Source of the DNA: Vicugna vicugna
Lineage: Eukaryota
Reading direction: 5' to 3'
Assembly (NCBI GenBank): GCA_013265495.1
Contig: MU058824.1
Coordinates: 5,847,245 to 5,911,244 of the forward strand
Length of the DNA: 64,000 bases
Positions within the stretch are counted from its first letter, which is position 1; each line of letters starts with the position of its first letter. The position numbers and the translations under genes are program-made. The notes under the pieces were generated by a model that made no database searches, was not told where the DNA came from, and was given only the letters and a program-made list of their open reading frames with translations. Below, piece after piece: positions 49,121 through 61,884 of this stretch.

Positions 49121-49798
49121 GAATTAAGAGACACTTCCATGTTGTCTTAATAGTGCTGGCCTTTGAAATGTTTGTGGTTGATTTGCACCATATTTTACAA
49201 AGCTTTACTTTTTCGGTTTAATTTCTATTGGGCTTCAAGACTAAAGAGCTTGCTTTCCATCTTGATTTAAATAAAATCAGAATGCTGAAGTTAAAACAGC
49301 AAAAATTTCCAAAGTTTTTAGTTGTTCAAACACAGCTGTGCACACATAGGCACACAAAGAACATGCAATGAGAGAGAGAGAGAGTGCATGAAAGCACAAG
49401 GTGGAGGGTGTTGTTTGGGAGAGAAACAAAGGAGAAAGAGAGACAAATAGTGCCTTTAGATTTCTATGAAATAGAAACTATTATACCAAGCCTCAGTTTC
49501 TTCACAATGTTAAATAATTGTCCCATTTTATTGTGGAAAGTCTGGTGGCCAAGTGATTTTTTTTTTAATGCCTTTGAGTAAGACTACTTTGAGTCTCCTT
49601 TTTTGGTTCTCTGGAGAATAACTTTCTCAATAAAATAGAAACTGGACAATAAAAATCAATACATATTCATCACTAAAATCGTTTGAATCAAGGGAGAACT
49701 TTTTTCCTTCTATATTACCTTTTGGGACAATTTGGAAAGAAACCTGCTCAGGAAAAAGGCAAAGAGTTTATTCTGGGGATAGAAAGAATGGACTGGAC

Positions 49799-49957
49799 CA
49801 ATGCTTCTCAAACTTCAGTGTACATATGCAGTACCTGGGATCTTTTTAAAAGACAGATTCTGACTCAAGAGGTCTGCAGTGAGCCTGCCACCCTGCATAT
49901 TAGCTCCCATTTGATATAGATGCTGCTGCGTTTGGATCACACTGTGAGCAGCAAGGG
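49799..49957. mobile_element. MER5A/MER5A1 (hAT-Charlie)
   Basis: CAATGCTTCTCAAACTTCAGTGTACAT...ACCTGGGATCTT...CAGATTCTGACTCA...GATCACACTGTGAGCAGCAAGG. Confidence 0.85.
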
Positions 49958-50149
49958 CTCAGAGGACCACTGGCAGTCACATCTAAATCTGGTACCTTAC
50001 ACAGCACTGCTCGACTCATCAGGTGCAGAGCTCTGCAAAAGGAAGCAAAGTGGAAAGTTCATATTGAGCCTTAAATTAGAAAGCTGGAAGGGTACTTAAG
50101 GGGAACCCTGATTTATTTCGCATCACATGGTGTTCTGTAGTATCACATA

Positions 50150-50500
50150 GAAACCATTCCAGATGGCTGAAAAAAGTATGTTTGTAACAACTTCCTTTGA
50201 AGACAGCCTGCAACATTGCTTGGTAAGTTAATTCAGTTTTTAATAACCTCCATCATATTTAGCAAATACTCTTTTTGCTATATCATAAGCTAATTCTTTG
50301 CCCAGACTTTTTAAGGCAGAAAAATTCTCTAAATGATACCCTCTTTTAAACTCAAAAACTATTCACTAATGTATAATCTCATAGTTTCCATTCTTTACAC
50401 TAAGCTATCTCAGATGGTTTAGACTTTTCCCAATGGGACATTTTCCAACCCTTTAATCATTTGGGTAATCTTATCCAAGTGATGTCATTCCCCCAGAGAG
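50150..50500 (-). mobile_element. Probable L3/CR1 LINE fragment
   Basis: GACATTTTCCAACCCTTTAATCATTTGGGT and the upstream sequence resemble the antisense CR1/L3 3' region. Confidence 0.45.
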
Positions 50501-50867
50501 TAATTTATTCTATCCTCAGTTAAAAAACATCCATCCACTTCTTTGTTTTCATTCTTTCAATCCCTAATGGCCCACATCCTTTCAAGAATTTCTATGTCAT
50601 TTTAATGGATGATTAACATCTTCTTAAGATCTTTTGGTAAATAATTGCTAAATTCTCAGTATTTTTAAGTTATTCATTTGCAAAGTAAGAGACAACAATT
50701 AAGAGACAAAATTATCATCATGTTGTACTTCTGATGTTCTGTGCTTTGTTATTTGCCTCTGAAATAATCTAATAGTTTTCTAAATAGTTCCTAAATTATC
50801 CACATATAAGGCACATGAACTAAATTAAATTACAGGGACTATAAAAATAAAACAATGATTTCCTATA

Positions 50868-51005
50868 TTTAGCTTTATTGAAATGTAACTAATATACAAT
50901 ATACTGCACATATATAAACATATAATTTGATTTTTTTTTACCATCTTAACCATTTAAAAACTTTTAAATGGTTAAGTAGTAAGTATATTCACATTGTTGT
51001 AGCTT
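50868..51005 (-). mobile_element. L1MA/L1MB 3' tip fragments
   Basis: AGCTTTATTGAAATGTAACTAATATACAAT...TTTACCATCTTAACCATTT...AAGTATATTCACATTGTTGT. Confidence 0.7.
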
Positions 51006-51059
51006 TAACTTTTAATAATTACAAAACCTAGCACTGAATATTCAATAAGTAAAATGCAC

Positions 51060-51255
51060 ATCAGACACTATTAGGTAGAAATCCCTTTTTCTCCCCTTAC
51101 TAGCTCTGTGACTTTAGGGAAGTCAACATCTTGGAGCCAACATTTTCTTCTTTTTAAAACAAATGATACCTACCTTACAGCCATTCATACAGATTAAATT
51201 AGATAACATATATAAGATGCATAGCACACAGAGGGAATTCAATAAACAATTATTT
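51060..51255 (+). mobile_element. MIR SINE
   Basis: CTTACTAGCTCTGTGACTTTAGGGAAGTCA...ATACCTACCTTACAG...GATTAAATTAGATAACATATATAA. Confidence 0.8.
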
Positions 51256-51635
51256 CACTCCTCTCTTAGTAATGAAACTTACCAATCAGACCATCACTAG
51301 TACTTAGGCTAGCATTTTTCACATTGTATTCATTCAATAAATGTGTTGGATGAATGAATCAAAATATAGGAACAATCAAGTTGAGTGTCTGGACAAAGAA
51401 AAATCACTGGATTTGGTTAAGGCCACTTTTATTATATTCATAAATTCCTATCAATTCCTCAGACTTAGCTTTTAAAAGTTTCACTCTCCGGGTTAAACAG
51501 TATAACAAAAATGAGATACCAGATATAGATGAGACTGGTGTCTACCTACGTTATGAGAATCATACTGGTATAAAAAGCCATATTGGAAGGGCTTAGGGTT
51601 TTAGAGGAAAGACAATGTAAATGAATTATATTGTA

Positions 51636-51853
51636 TAGTTGCCCCTTGAGCAATGCAAGAGCATTGTTCCAACCTCTCCACAGTAAAAAATCTACCTATA
51701 CAATTATAGTCTGTCCTCCATTTTCATGGTTCCTCCATATCCAGGGTTCTGCATCTAAGGATTCAGCCAGTGTGGCATCATATAGTAACGTAGTATTTAC
51801 CATTGAAAAAAATACAAGTAGAAGTGGATCTGCACAGTTCAAACCCATGTTGT
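51636..51853 (+). mobile_element. MER8 (Tigger2-derived MITE), right TIR truncated
   Basis: TA|TAGTTGCCCCTTGAGCAA...GGTTCTGCATCTAAGGATTCAGCCA...GTAGTATTTACCATTGAAAAAAAT...AAGTGGATCTGCACAGTTCAAACCCATGTTGT. Confidence 0.85.
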
Positions 51854-52689
51854 ATTACATAAGAATTATATTAATTTGGTGGAAGCCTTTATTTAGGTAG
51901 GCAAGACTGTGACCATTTACCTAAAGGGACTGTGTTCAAAATAATATTGTCACAGTTAACTGACATTAAGGGCAAGGTTCCAGAAGAAGGGGGTAATGAG
52001 AAGTTTGACTTCTTAGTGCCATAAAGACTCTATCTCTGGAGGAACAGCTGTATCTTGGCATGGCTACTGATTAGTGTGGTGCATTTGGATGTCTTGAGCT
52101 ACTTAAAGCTTTAGTTTCTCATCTAAAGCCTTATCACAGTGTCTGACAGATTTTAGTTGTTTTTCACAGACACTCATTGTTTATACAACATATATGTAGC
52201 CTTGTTTATAAAGAAGAAATTAGAATTCTTGAACTCTAAATCTTCAAGGTATGATATATCTGATTATATCTAAAATGTGAATAAATGGATCTGTATTTGT
52301 GGCTTCAGATTGTGTGATGATTTATGGCATTTATTTTCATATAATAATGCTGTTATTTCTAGTTTTTAATAACAAGCCTAGATGATCACGATTATCTATT
52401 AGCAATTTCAGTTATAAATAGATAAAAATATTTTCCTGCAAAAAAGGAGAATAACTTTATTAACCAAGTAACATTATAACATTAGTATTGATGAAAAATT
52501 TATTATTAAAACTACTGCAACTTTTAAGGCAAATCATGGTAGATTTTAAAGCAAATTTGGAACAGTTCATGATGAATCTGTCATTAGCAAAATTGTTGGT
52601 AAATTCTTTGATATAATATATTTAAGTTGTATGCACACATGGTTGGAATCAAGTAGTTAATTACATGCTAAAACATATATGGAAAAACA

Positions 52690-54846
52690 GACCTCCAGCC
52701 AACCCCCTTCCCCTAAATTCCCACTCACCAGAAACATTTTAAAATTTTTAGCTTATTCTTTTGACACTTCTCTTCATATTTTAAAATAATTAACATATTA
52801 TACTACTACAGTTTTTTCTGTTTTGCCTTGATTTACTGACAATACTTTTGAGGCAGCTTTATTTCAGCCCATAGCCTTGACACATGTGTACAAGTCCTCA
52901 GCCCCATTCATCACAATAAAATCAAGTCATAACTTTGACCCAGTGCTTACATTATTATGACTTTGCAACTGCTATGCACAGTTGAGCCACGTGGTATAAT
53001 TACTTTTACATTTTTCACATCTAAATTCCTAATTTTTGCTGTTGTTGTTATTTCTTTTTCCTGAATATAATAACTTTTTTTCATTTTCTTAGGTTTATAA
53101 ACACTTACCATTAATACACCCAGACTCTCCTCTGGTTGAAAAATTCTCATATGTTCAAACTTGTTAGGTGTTTGATCAATATCACCTGCTTAAATAAATC
53201 TCTTAAAGAGCCTCTGATCAGCTCCAGTCTGCACTGGTTGCTCTCTAGACCTTCTGTATAGCTAGCCTTTTAGGAGTTTTATTTCATCCTTTCTCAGGGG
53301 ACTGTATTTGCCCATCTCTTACGTCTTCTGGATTTCATGTGTTTATTGTTTTGGGTTTACTCACTTGTTTTTGTCAAGCACATAATTCCATAACTTCAAT
53401 AATTTTTGGAAGGTAAATTTTTGAGATTGTATCTGTCATGAAATGAATTTATTCTACCTCTACATTTAACTGCTAACTTGCTAGGTACAGAATGCTAAAT
53501 CAGAAGTCACTTTTCCTCAGAATTTTAAAAGTATTGTTTTATTATCTTCTACCATCCAATGTTAGGTTAAGAGGTCTGAAGTCAGTCTGATTCTTGATTA
53601 TTGTGTATCTGTTTTTGCTTGTTTATCTCTGGAATTCACTTGACTCTTCTTTTTATCCAACATATTCTAAAATTTTACAGTGATACAGTGGCCTTGGTAT
53701 GGTACCATTTTCACCTATTTTCAAGGCACTATGTGTCCATTCTTTCTGGAAACTCATGACTTAAGTTCTAGGAAAACAATATTGAATAATTTGTTTAATG
53801 ATTTTCTGCATTTCATTGTCTCTACTCTCTCTTCTGGAATTTCTGTTACTCAGCTATTGGAACTTGTAGGTTGGTCGTCTTTCCCTTTCTCTCATTCTTT
53901 CATTTCTTATCTGCTTTTTCTCTGTTTTCTAGAAAATTCTTCACTTTGTCCTTCTAATTATTTTTGCTCTTTTTATTTCTGCCATTTTAAGTCTCCAAAT
54001 GTTTTTTGTCCTCTGAATTTTCCTTAAAATATAGTATTTCATCTTCTATAATTTTAATCTTCTGTCTATAATAAGCAATATTAATAAACTTCATTGTTGG
54101 TTTTAATTTCATTCTCCCTGCATATTGTTTTCTCTTTGCTGCTTTAGTCTACTTGTTCTGATTATTGCCATTTATATCAGATATTTTCCTCAAATGTTTG
54201 GTTATCTTTTACAGTCTGCTCCTATTAAAGAAAAGGGCATAAGAAGCTGATTGGAAGTTCTGTGTTCATGGGTAAAGGCTCATTGACTATGGATTTCACT
54301 GCAGAATGGTAAAGTTAAGTCATTTTGTTAAACAAATCCCAAAGCTCATAACATTTACTTAATCCTCTTGTTTAGTATAAAACATTACCCCCAACTATGT
54401 CTGGTGTGTTCCAGTGCAGAGACCTTCTGTTTTACTTCTCCAGAGAAAAAGCCTCTAGTCCTTTGCTCACATTGGGGAAGAGAGTCTTGGGGCTTATTTA
54501 CCTTAAATAGTCTTTCAACTAATCCTCCTTTTTTTTGCAGCTCCACCTTCACCTCCCAAATCCAGAATTACCTGGCATTACAAATTTCTGAGAATACTAG
54601 AGATTTTTTGGTATAAATCAGATTTTCCCCTTCCCCATTGACAGTTTAGGATTTCATTTTCTCCGATCAGCTACATTACACCACTTATCTATCTGAATTT
54701 TATCTTTAAACATGCCTCTTCTCTTTTTACTTTATCATCGTGAGTTTATAGTTTTAAAGATATATATCTTTACCACTGACAGTGGAAAGTTAGGAAGGAG
54801 TGAAATTAAATGCATGTATTCCATTTTCCACTTTTAACTAGAAGTC
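52690..54846 (-). mobile_element. HAL1 (half-L1) element, near full length
   Basis: GCTCCAGTCTGCACTGGTTGCTCTCTAGACC, an ORF1-like antisense segment (GGAAGGTAAATTTTTGAGA...TTTTCCTCAGAATTTTAAAAGTATTG) and a 5' terminus TTTAACTAGAAGTC. Confidence 0.7.
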
Positions 54847-57800
54847 TCTATAACTAATTGCTAACTATATATTGAAAAGGGATTTTTTAAAAACCTCCTC
54901 TGTTAAAGTTCTATAGTCAAGAAGGATCTATTTCTTTTTTGTTATTATTTGTTTTTTCTATATTTTAATAAAACATATTCTAGTGTTGTTCCCCTATGTG
55001 GAAAAAAAAATCAGTGATAATGGCTGCTATACTGTCCAATAACATCTCCATATTTTCCAAGCTTATTGAATGTCTCTCAATATATGCTTAACAAACACCT
55101 GTTGAGATTTTTGAGCCCTCTTAAACTTAGACTTTCCATTATAAAGCCAATCACGGGAAACTCAGCTGGTCCTTCCCAGTCACAGTGATGAGACTTAGTT
55201 CATTTTTAATGACCAAGAACTGCCCTAATATGGGCAGTTTGCTTTGTAAAGTCAGAACAGCCCTAGAGAATAATCAGTGTTCCAACTTCTTACAGGAGAT
55301 CATGAGACTGATCCTTATTTAAGAAGAAACATACTTTGACAAATGCTTCCACTTTGCCTACTTGGTCTCTCTGAACAGCTCCCCAGGGTTCCTGCATTTC
55401 TGAGGGGTGAATATGAGATCTTATTTTCTCTTAAGGTGTCACTATTTATGACTTTCTGGTAGCATTAGGTCCTATTATAACTTGCTGAAGGGTCCATAGA
55501 TAAACATGAAACAAAATACAAAACAAAGCCTAGATTGACTTTCTGATGGATTGCAATTCATGAAAAAATGTGAAGCCAGATGATTTCCAGGTTCACCCTA
55601 CAGGTTTTTTTAGTTTTATTTAGTATTGCTTGTATTCCTCTCAATCCATACTTGACTTAGCTATCTTGTTTACCAACAGCTCAAGTGTGGTTTCACAGAT
55701 CCATCAAAATTTACAGTAAATTAGAAAGGTAATGTTTCCAAGAAGATTTAAAATTACTGGTAGTAAAATAGCAACCACAACCCAGATTGGACCCTCTGGA
55801 GAAGGCTGAGGTTTGCTTTTCCTGAAATGGTCAATTTTAGATTGCGATCAAGGCAGCTTCCTGAGTGATGAGTGAGTTAAGGAGAAAGAGTTTAACAAGC
55901 CCGTATGTTTCAAGTTCTGTAATTTCATCCTCCTGGTATAGATTCATCATGTTTTTTGCAAAGTTACTTTAATGTTTTTTTTCCCTAAGCACCATAAAAT
56001 ATAAAACAACATAAAACACTGTAGTGGTTGTTTTGGTGTTGTTATTTACAATTAAACACTTGTTAAAATAAACCTGCCGTTTTGTGAAGGCAATTTGAGA
56101 AAATGTTTTACATAACAATTTGAGGTTTAATTAACTTAGTGTTACAGATGTAAAGGCCTCTTCCAAATCCTCCTCATTTTAAAAAAACTAAACTATTCCT
56201 CTATTTTCAAATACATAACTGAAATAGGGTTACACACTGCTTTCAATTAAAAAGGCAGCAAGCTTTAAGTGGATGTCAATTATTTGTTAATTTATAGTGA
56301 GGGAGAGAGAAGAAAGAAAACAAGGCTGGGGTAAGGGCTGTGGTCCAAATTTGCCAGTTTCCCAGGTGATTGCTCTATTTGAATTAAAATATCAGTTTTG
56401 CTAGCTCAAGTCAATAGAAACTCCTTTCCCCACAGTTCCATATAGTATATAAAGAACAAACCTCAAAGCAATTCAGTGGGCACATACTTGGTGGTTAAAG
56501 TACTCTATCTTAAAAGAAAAATAAAATCTTCACTACATTCAGATACGGCTCCTTCCCAGCTGAACATACTATGACCACAATAAGAAGTACAGAAACTAGT
56601 TACAGGTGAAACTCAAAAGCCTTGACTGTTAGGTCAGCATGAACTCATTGAGCTTAATCTGCCTCCATGATTTGTGAAACTGAATTGACTCCTCAGTAAA
56701 CTGAAAGACAAAGCACCAAATTAATGTGAAATGCCTCTTAAATGTAGTTGTACTCAACCTCACCCAATTTTGAAGTTAAATCAATGAAAGAGGAATCTAG
56801 TCTTTAGTATTCTTTATAAAACTTACTTATATAGTTTTAAAATTTAACATGGTGAAAAAATACACATCTTGAATTTTTCCACACCCCCTTCCCATAAATA
56901 TTATTGCCCTTATAACAATGTTTATGTGCAAAATTATACTTAAGGTTATTTATCTTCTAAACATTTGATGTAAATTTTGCCTTACTGAGGGTTCAAAATA
57001 CTGACAAAAATTTCCCCCTGCTCATCTAAAAAAAGAATAAATTCCAGGCTTAAATTGTGGGTAGAATTTTAGCTTAATTAGATGCATATGTCCAGCTTTG
57101 TTCTCTGTCTAAACCTAGGAGTACTTCCAGCTTTGGATTTACAGAATTATTACATTTACAAAACAAAATGCAAACTTAAGCTTGCTTTCACATTAGAATG
57201 GCATAAAACAGCTTGGCTGAGTAGACACAAAGCTTTACTCCAAATGTTTCCAGACCACCAGTTTTATCACATACATCCAATAGGCAGGGGGCAGGAATAA
57301 GACACTGGAAGGGTAGCCCCTAGGCACGGTTCCCAATATATCAGAGCAACAACACTGGAAGGAAGAGAAAGACTGGTCCAAGTAGGACCAGCATCTCCTG
57401 GGGTCCGCCTCCAGAAAAGTATGTGAATAACATATTTTTGCTTCGCTTGCCAGTAGACATAATCAGTTGAGACCAGCATCAGAAGGAAAACTCACTCAAA
57501 GCCTTTAAACCTACAAGAATGAGAAATACCCGTGCACAAATTCTGCCCTCAAATCTTCCAGCAATGCTTTATGAGACCAGTGATGTACAGCATTAACCTT
57601 CAAGGATCTCAAGGCACAGCATATAAGAATGCTGAAAAGGTCAGACCTTCACACCATAATTACTACCAAAAATTCATAGGATACTTTCAGTGTTAAAATT
57701 TTCCAATTAGTCACACTTATAAAAAACATCTAACAGTATTAAAGAGGGAAATAACTTTCTCCTCTTTTAACTAAAAACTTAATTGTCTTCAATTAAGTGT

Positions 57801-58500
57801 TTAGGTAATTGGGCGATGCTAGTTGTGCTTCTTAGCAAATAAGCAGGATACACTTATTGTATTCTTTTTCTGCCATGAATTCTAAGTACAAAATGATGCC
57901 CAGAGTGGTTTTATTTGGTCTGAGTATTATAAAAGACTTTACATTTCTTTAGGGCCTAAAAACAGAAATCTAAGACAAAAGCTTCGGAAACCATCTGGAT
58001 TTTCTATCCAGATATATATTCATTCTGCAGTGTTTGGAGCCATGTGGCTTGAAGTGGTTTTGTTTTAATGAACTTGTCCCATTCTCATTTAAAAGACCTC
58101 TCATTTTACAAGACTCTCCGACACCAGTTTAAATTCTCTCCCTCTTCTTTATTCAATACTCTCAGGAAACTAGACTTGCTTCTGCAGTGTTGTAAAACTG
58201 TGCCCAGGTTTTCATATTAGATTGCATTTTCCACACACCCAGGATACAAGGAGCAGAGGTGCAATTTATATCACTAATATCCAAGGAATGGCAGGAAGTA
58301 AATCTGTTTGGCTTCTTGGATCCTTGTGGACCATAGTATATCTTAAAGCATAAGAAGCTTAGATCAGGATTACATAGTTACTATGACCTGTGAGGCAATT
58401 TGGGTTTTTTCTGGTGAGAAGGGCAAGAGTGGAAAAAACATGCATTTCTATTACAATTTAAAGAACGTGCAGACTTTACATGAAGATGGAGCCTGCTATT

Positions 58501-58546
58501 TCTCTCTCTCTCCTCGTATGTATGTGTGTGTGTGTGTGTGTGTATG
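58501..58546. repeat. (TC)n + (TG)n microsatellite
   Basis: About 6 TC units, then about 10 TG units. Confidence 0.9.
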
Positions 58547-59829
58547 CAGTATTTGCCTTCCAAGAAATTATTATCTATAGAGAACATAGATACCCATAAT
58601 GCTCTATTCGTGTAGGACAAAACAAAACCACCATGATTTATACCATGATACATACCACCATGATACATTTATATCAAAAAGTACAAGGGAAGCCTGGGGC
58701 ATGTGTAGAAAAAATCCACTTAGGGCATTCGGAGAGGCTTCCTAGAGGAAACGAAACTTTGGCTGAACAAGATTTTGACAGGCAAAACAGGGGTGGAAGG
58801 AGTTAATTAGCTGAAACCCTACAACTAAATACAGAAGCCACACTTGCCCACAGGAGAGTTCTTCTGTTCTGGTATTCAAATTCCCTCACAATGGTCACCA
58901 ACTTGGCCAGATTCAGGAAGTGCTGCCACTATTGTCAGTTCTGAAAAACATTACTGCACCTATCTACAAAGGTAAGGAAGTAGCATTACGGTACTTGCTA
59001 TTTATAAAATATAAGAGCAATTCTTATCAGATTGGAGCTACAAGAAGAAAAATTTAATATTTGTAATGTGTATATAGAGATTTATCTCTGAGACACTCCT
59101 CATATACATTATTTCCTAGTATAATCTAATGTTTGCTAGGAATCTTCCTCATGTTCAATACTTTTTAGAACTGTAATAAATAATCCAATTCAATTTTAAA
59201 AATAATAATGTTTTCTTCCAAATTCTAATAATCTTGTGATACAATCTGTCCCCAGTTGTGGTTACATGTAGTAATTTCCCTTCCTTTCCAATTTCTTTGT
59301 CCCATTAATTTTTTTATATGTGGTCTTTTGGTTCAAAGAGGCCACGAGAGGTTGGTCGGGTTCTTTAGAATTCATGGTTTCATGAAATCTTTTCAATTTA
59401 TTTATTTAATGTTCAAGATATTACTCCCCTGAAATATTACATAAATCAACTAATGGACATCATTGCTGACTGGGTCAGATGTTTCATTTGTACATTTAAA
59501 CTCAACTGTAATAAATCTTCAGTGAGTCCATTTTACTTTTCTTGTGCTAGAGGGGTAACTATAGGGGAGGCAATGCTGCTCATATATATTAAAACTATCT
59601 GCACAAGCAAACCTCTTTTCTGAAGTAAATTTCCTCTCTAAGCAAATGGATTATTCTTTTGAGATAAATATTTGATTGCCATGAGCATTTGCATTTATGA
59701 TTTTTGGGGTAGATGTTATCTGTGATCATATTTGGATTTTACTTAAGTCTCGAAAATCTAGGTAGAAAATATTCACATGTCCAATTTAATTTGAGCTGTA
59801 CATTTTTTCTTGTTAATGAATCTATAGGC

Positions 59830-60368
59830 ACACCATTCCTCAACTTCTCCCTTCCTGGAATACCCTATAAGGCAACTAACTAGGTTATAGGAAGCTGGCA
59901 CTCTGCTACTTCATGTATGGTCTTTGGAGATAGGTATTGGTCAGACCAATCTTCCACTATGGCCTCTTCCCTAACAATTAAAGCCAGAAAATGAACACAT
60001 AGCCTAAACATGAACAATGAAACTGAGAACTAGAATCCTGGGTGTGTGATGCAAAGACATGGGATGGTGGGTGGTCAAATCATTGCCAGAGCAGTGATGC
60101 TGATGACAGTGGTGACAGTGACGTTAATGAGAACAGTGGTTCCAAAGACCACATCTCAGCAGATGCACTTGTGGTAAGAAGCTAGCTGTGGTTCTGTCTG
60201 GGTAGCTATCCTTGTTTCCTGCATATTCTTACGTTTTGGTTCTCTGGTCTTTTACTGATCCTATGGGGCCTAAGATATTTCTTACACTCCCCTTTTTACT
60301 TTGATATTTTACTGAAGATAGGCAAAAATAGTTTGAGTGACTTGTAACCAAGAACCCAGATGGTTATA
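59830..60368 (+). mobile_element. Old ERVL/MaLR-type LTR (LTR33/LTR41-like)
   Basis: 3' end TTTGAGTGACTTGTAACCAAGAACCCAGATGGTTATA; internal TGGTTCTCTGGTCTT...GATCCTATG. Confidence 0.55.
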
Positions 60369-60539
60369 GGGAATATCACTATGAAATAAAATTCACAGAA
60401 AAGAGGGATGATATTAAGGTCTTGTTGAGAGGCTGGGAGGTTTAAAAATCATCCCTGTTGGGAGCACAATAGAAGAAACAATCAACTTTCAATCACTTGA
60501 TTTAAAATAAAAAGATCCTTGAAGTGACTAAAGAATACA

Positions 60540-60810
60540 TAATAGTTTTATATCTGTGCTAATTTCCTGGTATTTATAATTATGCTGTGATAATGTGAAA
60601 GAAATTCTTGTTACTTAATGAGTAAAAGGGCATCATGTCTATAACCTACTCTTTAAAAATTTTAGAAAAAATATAGATAGATATAAAGCAAATGTAGTAA
60701 AATGCTAATATTAAAGATTTGGGGTAATGAATATTGGTATCTGAGATTTCTTCACATTATTATTACAACTTTTCTATATGTTTTATATATTATCAAAATA
60801 AAAAAATAAG
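60540..60810 (+). mobile_element. Old L1 3' UTR (L1MC/L1ME-like)
   Basis: GTAAAAGGGCATCATGTCTATAACCTACTCT...TAAAGCAAATGTAGTAAAATGCTAA...CAACTTTTCT...CAAAATAAAAAA. Confidence 0.75.
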
Positions 60811-61304
60811 AGCCTTAAGGTTATGGTGCTTTATCAGTTCATCTAATCCACTCTTTCTTTCACAGTGTTAAGGAAACATCCCTGAGAAGTTAAATAAATT
60901 GCTCGAGGTCACACTGCTTGGCAGTGGTAAAGGCTTCTCCAAGAAGGGTGTGAAAATAATGCACAGAGTGGAACAGAGGATCTCACTGATGTTCTAGTTA
61001 AGGACATGAAAGAGGAGTCTCATACATTCCATAAGGGAAAGGTAAAAAAAAAATGTTGGATTGATAAAGGATTTATCATGAAGAGACAGAGCCTTGAGAG
61101 TTCCACACAAGGAGTTTGAAGAGGGGTGGGGACGGAGGTGGGAGAGTGTCATAGAGAGAAGTGCAGCTCAGAAGGATCTGGATGAACACATTTTTAATGA
61201 ATTTACTTGTCCTTGAAAACTGGCACATTTGTTGCCCTGTATCCTGGATGAAAGCTGCAGATGCTTATGTCACACCATTTATAGACACAAAAGGTCATAA
61301 TATA

Positions 61305-61475
61305 GATCTTAAAACTTTGGGCAAGTTTCTTCACTTCTCCAGCCTCAGTCTCCTTAGTAGTAAATATAGATAATAGGACCTCATGGATTTTAGTGAAGAT
61401 TAAATAAATAATCATAGATAAAGTGCTTATAATAATGCCTGGCACACACTGAGTGCTCAATACATACTAAATGCA
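61305..61475 (+). mobile_element. MIR SINE 3' half
   Basis: TTGGGCAAGTTTCTTCACTTCTCCAGCCTCAGTCTCCT...AAAGTGCTTATAATAATGCCTGGCACACACTGAGTGCTCAATA. Confidence 0.85.
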
Positions 61476-61884
61476 CAATACATATTAGCTATTAGCTAAT
61501 TAGCTATTACCTCTGATGTAGGAGTAGATATATATATTCCTGCCTTAATTGTTCTAAGCATGTAATTTTATTTAAAGTGTACATTTGTGTGTGTGCATAT
61601 ATTATATATGAGTGAACATTGGAAATTTTGAGTAAGTAAAAGAGTTCCTGAAAAGGTATGACCTATAAGCTGAATTGTAAGAATGGATCTTTCAAGTGCA
61701 CATACACAATGACCAGTGTGTCACTAGAAGACGGACTGACCAAAAAGATTCAGGAATAAAACTGAATACATATAGCTTAAACTCTTACCGCCTGGAATAT
61801 GCTAACTCTGAATGACCTTATTAATTATAATAAGATGGTAATGAGGCTTACTAAAATAAATGAACTAATGTGGAAGAGCCTATG

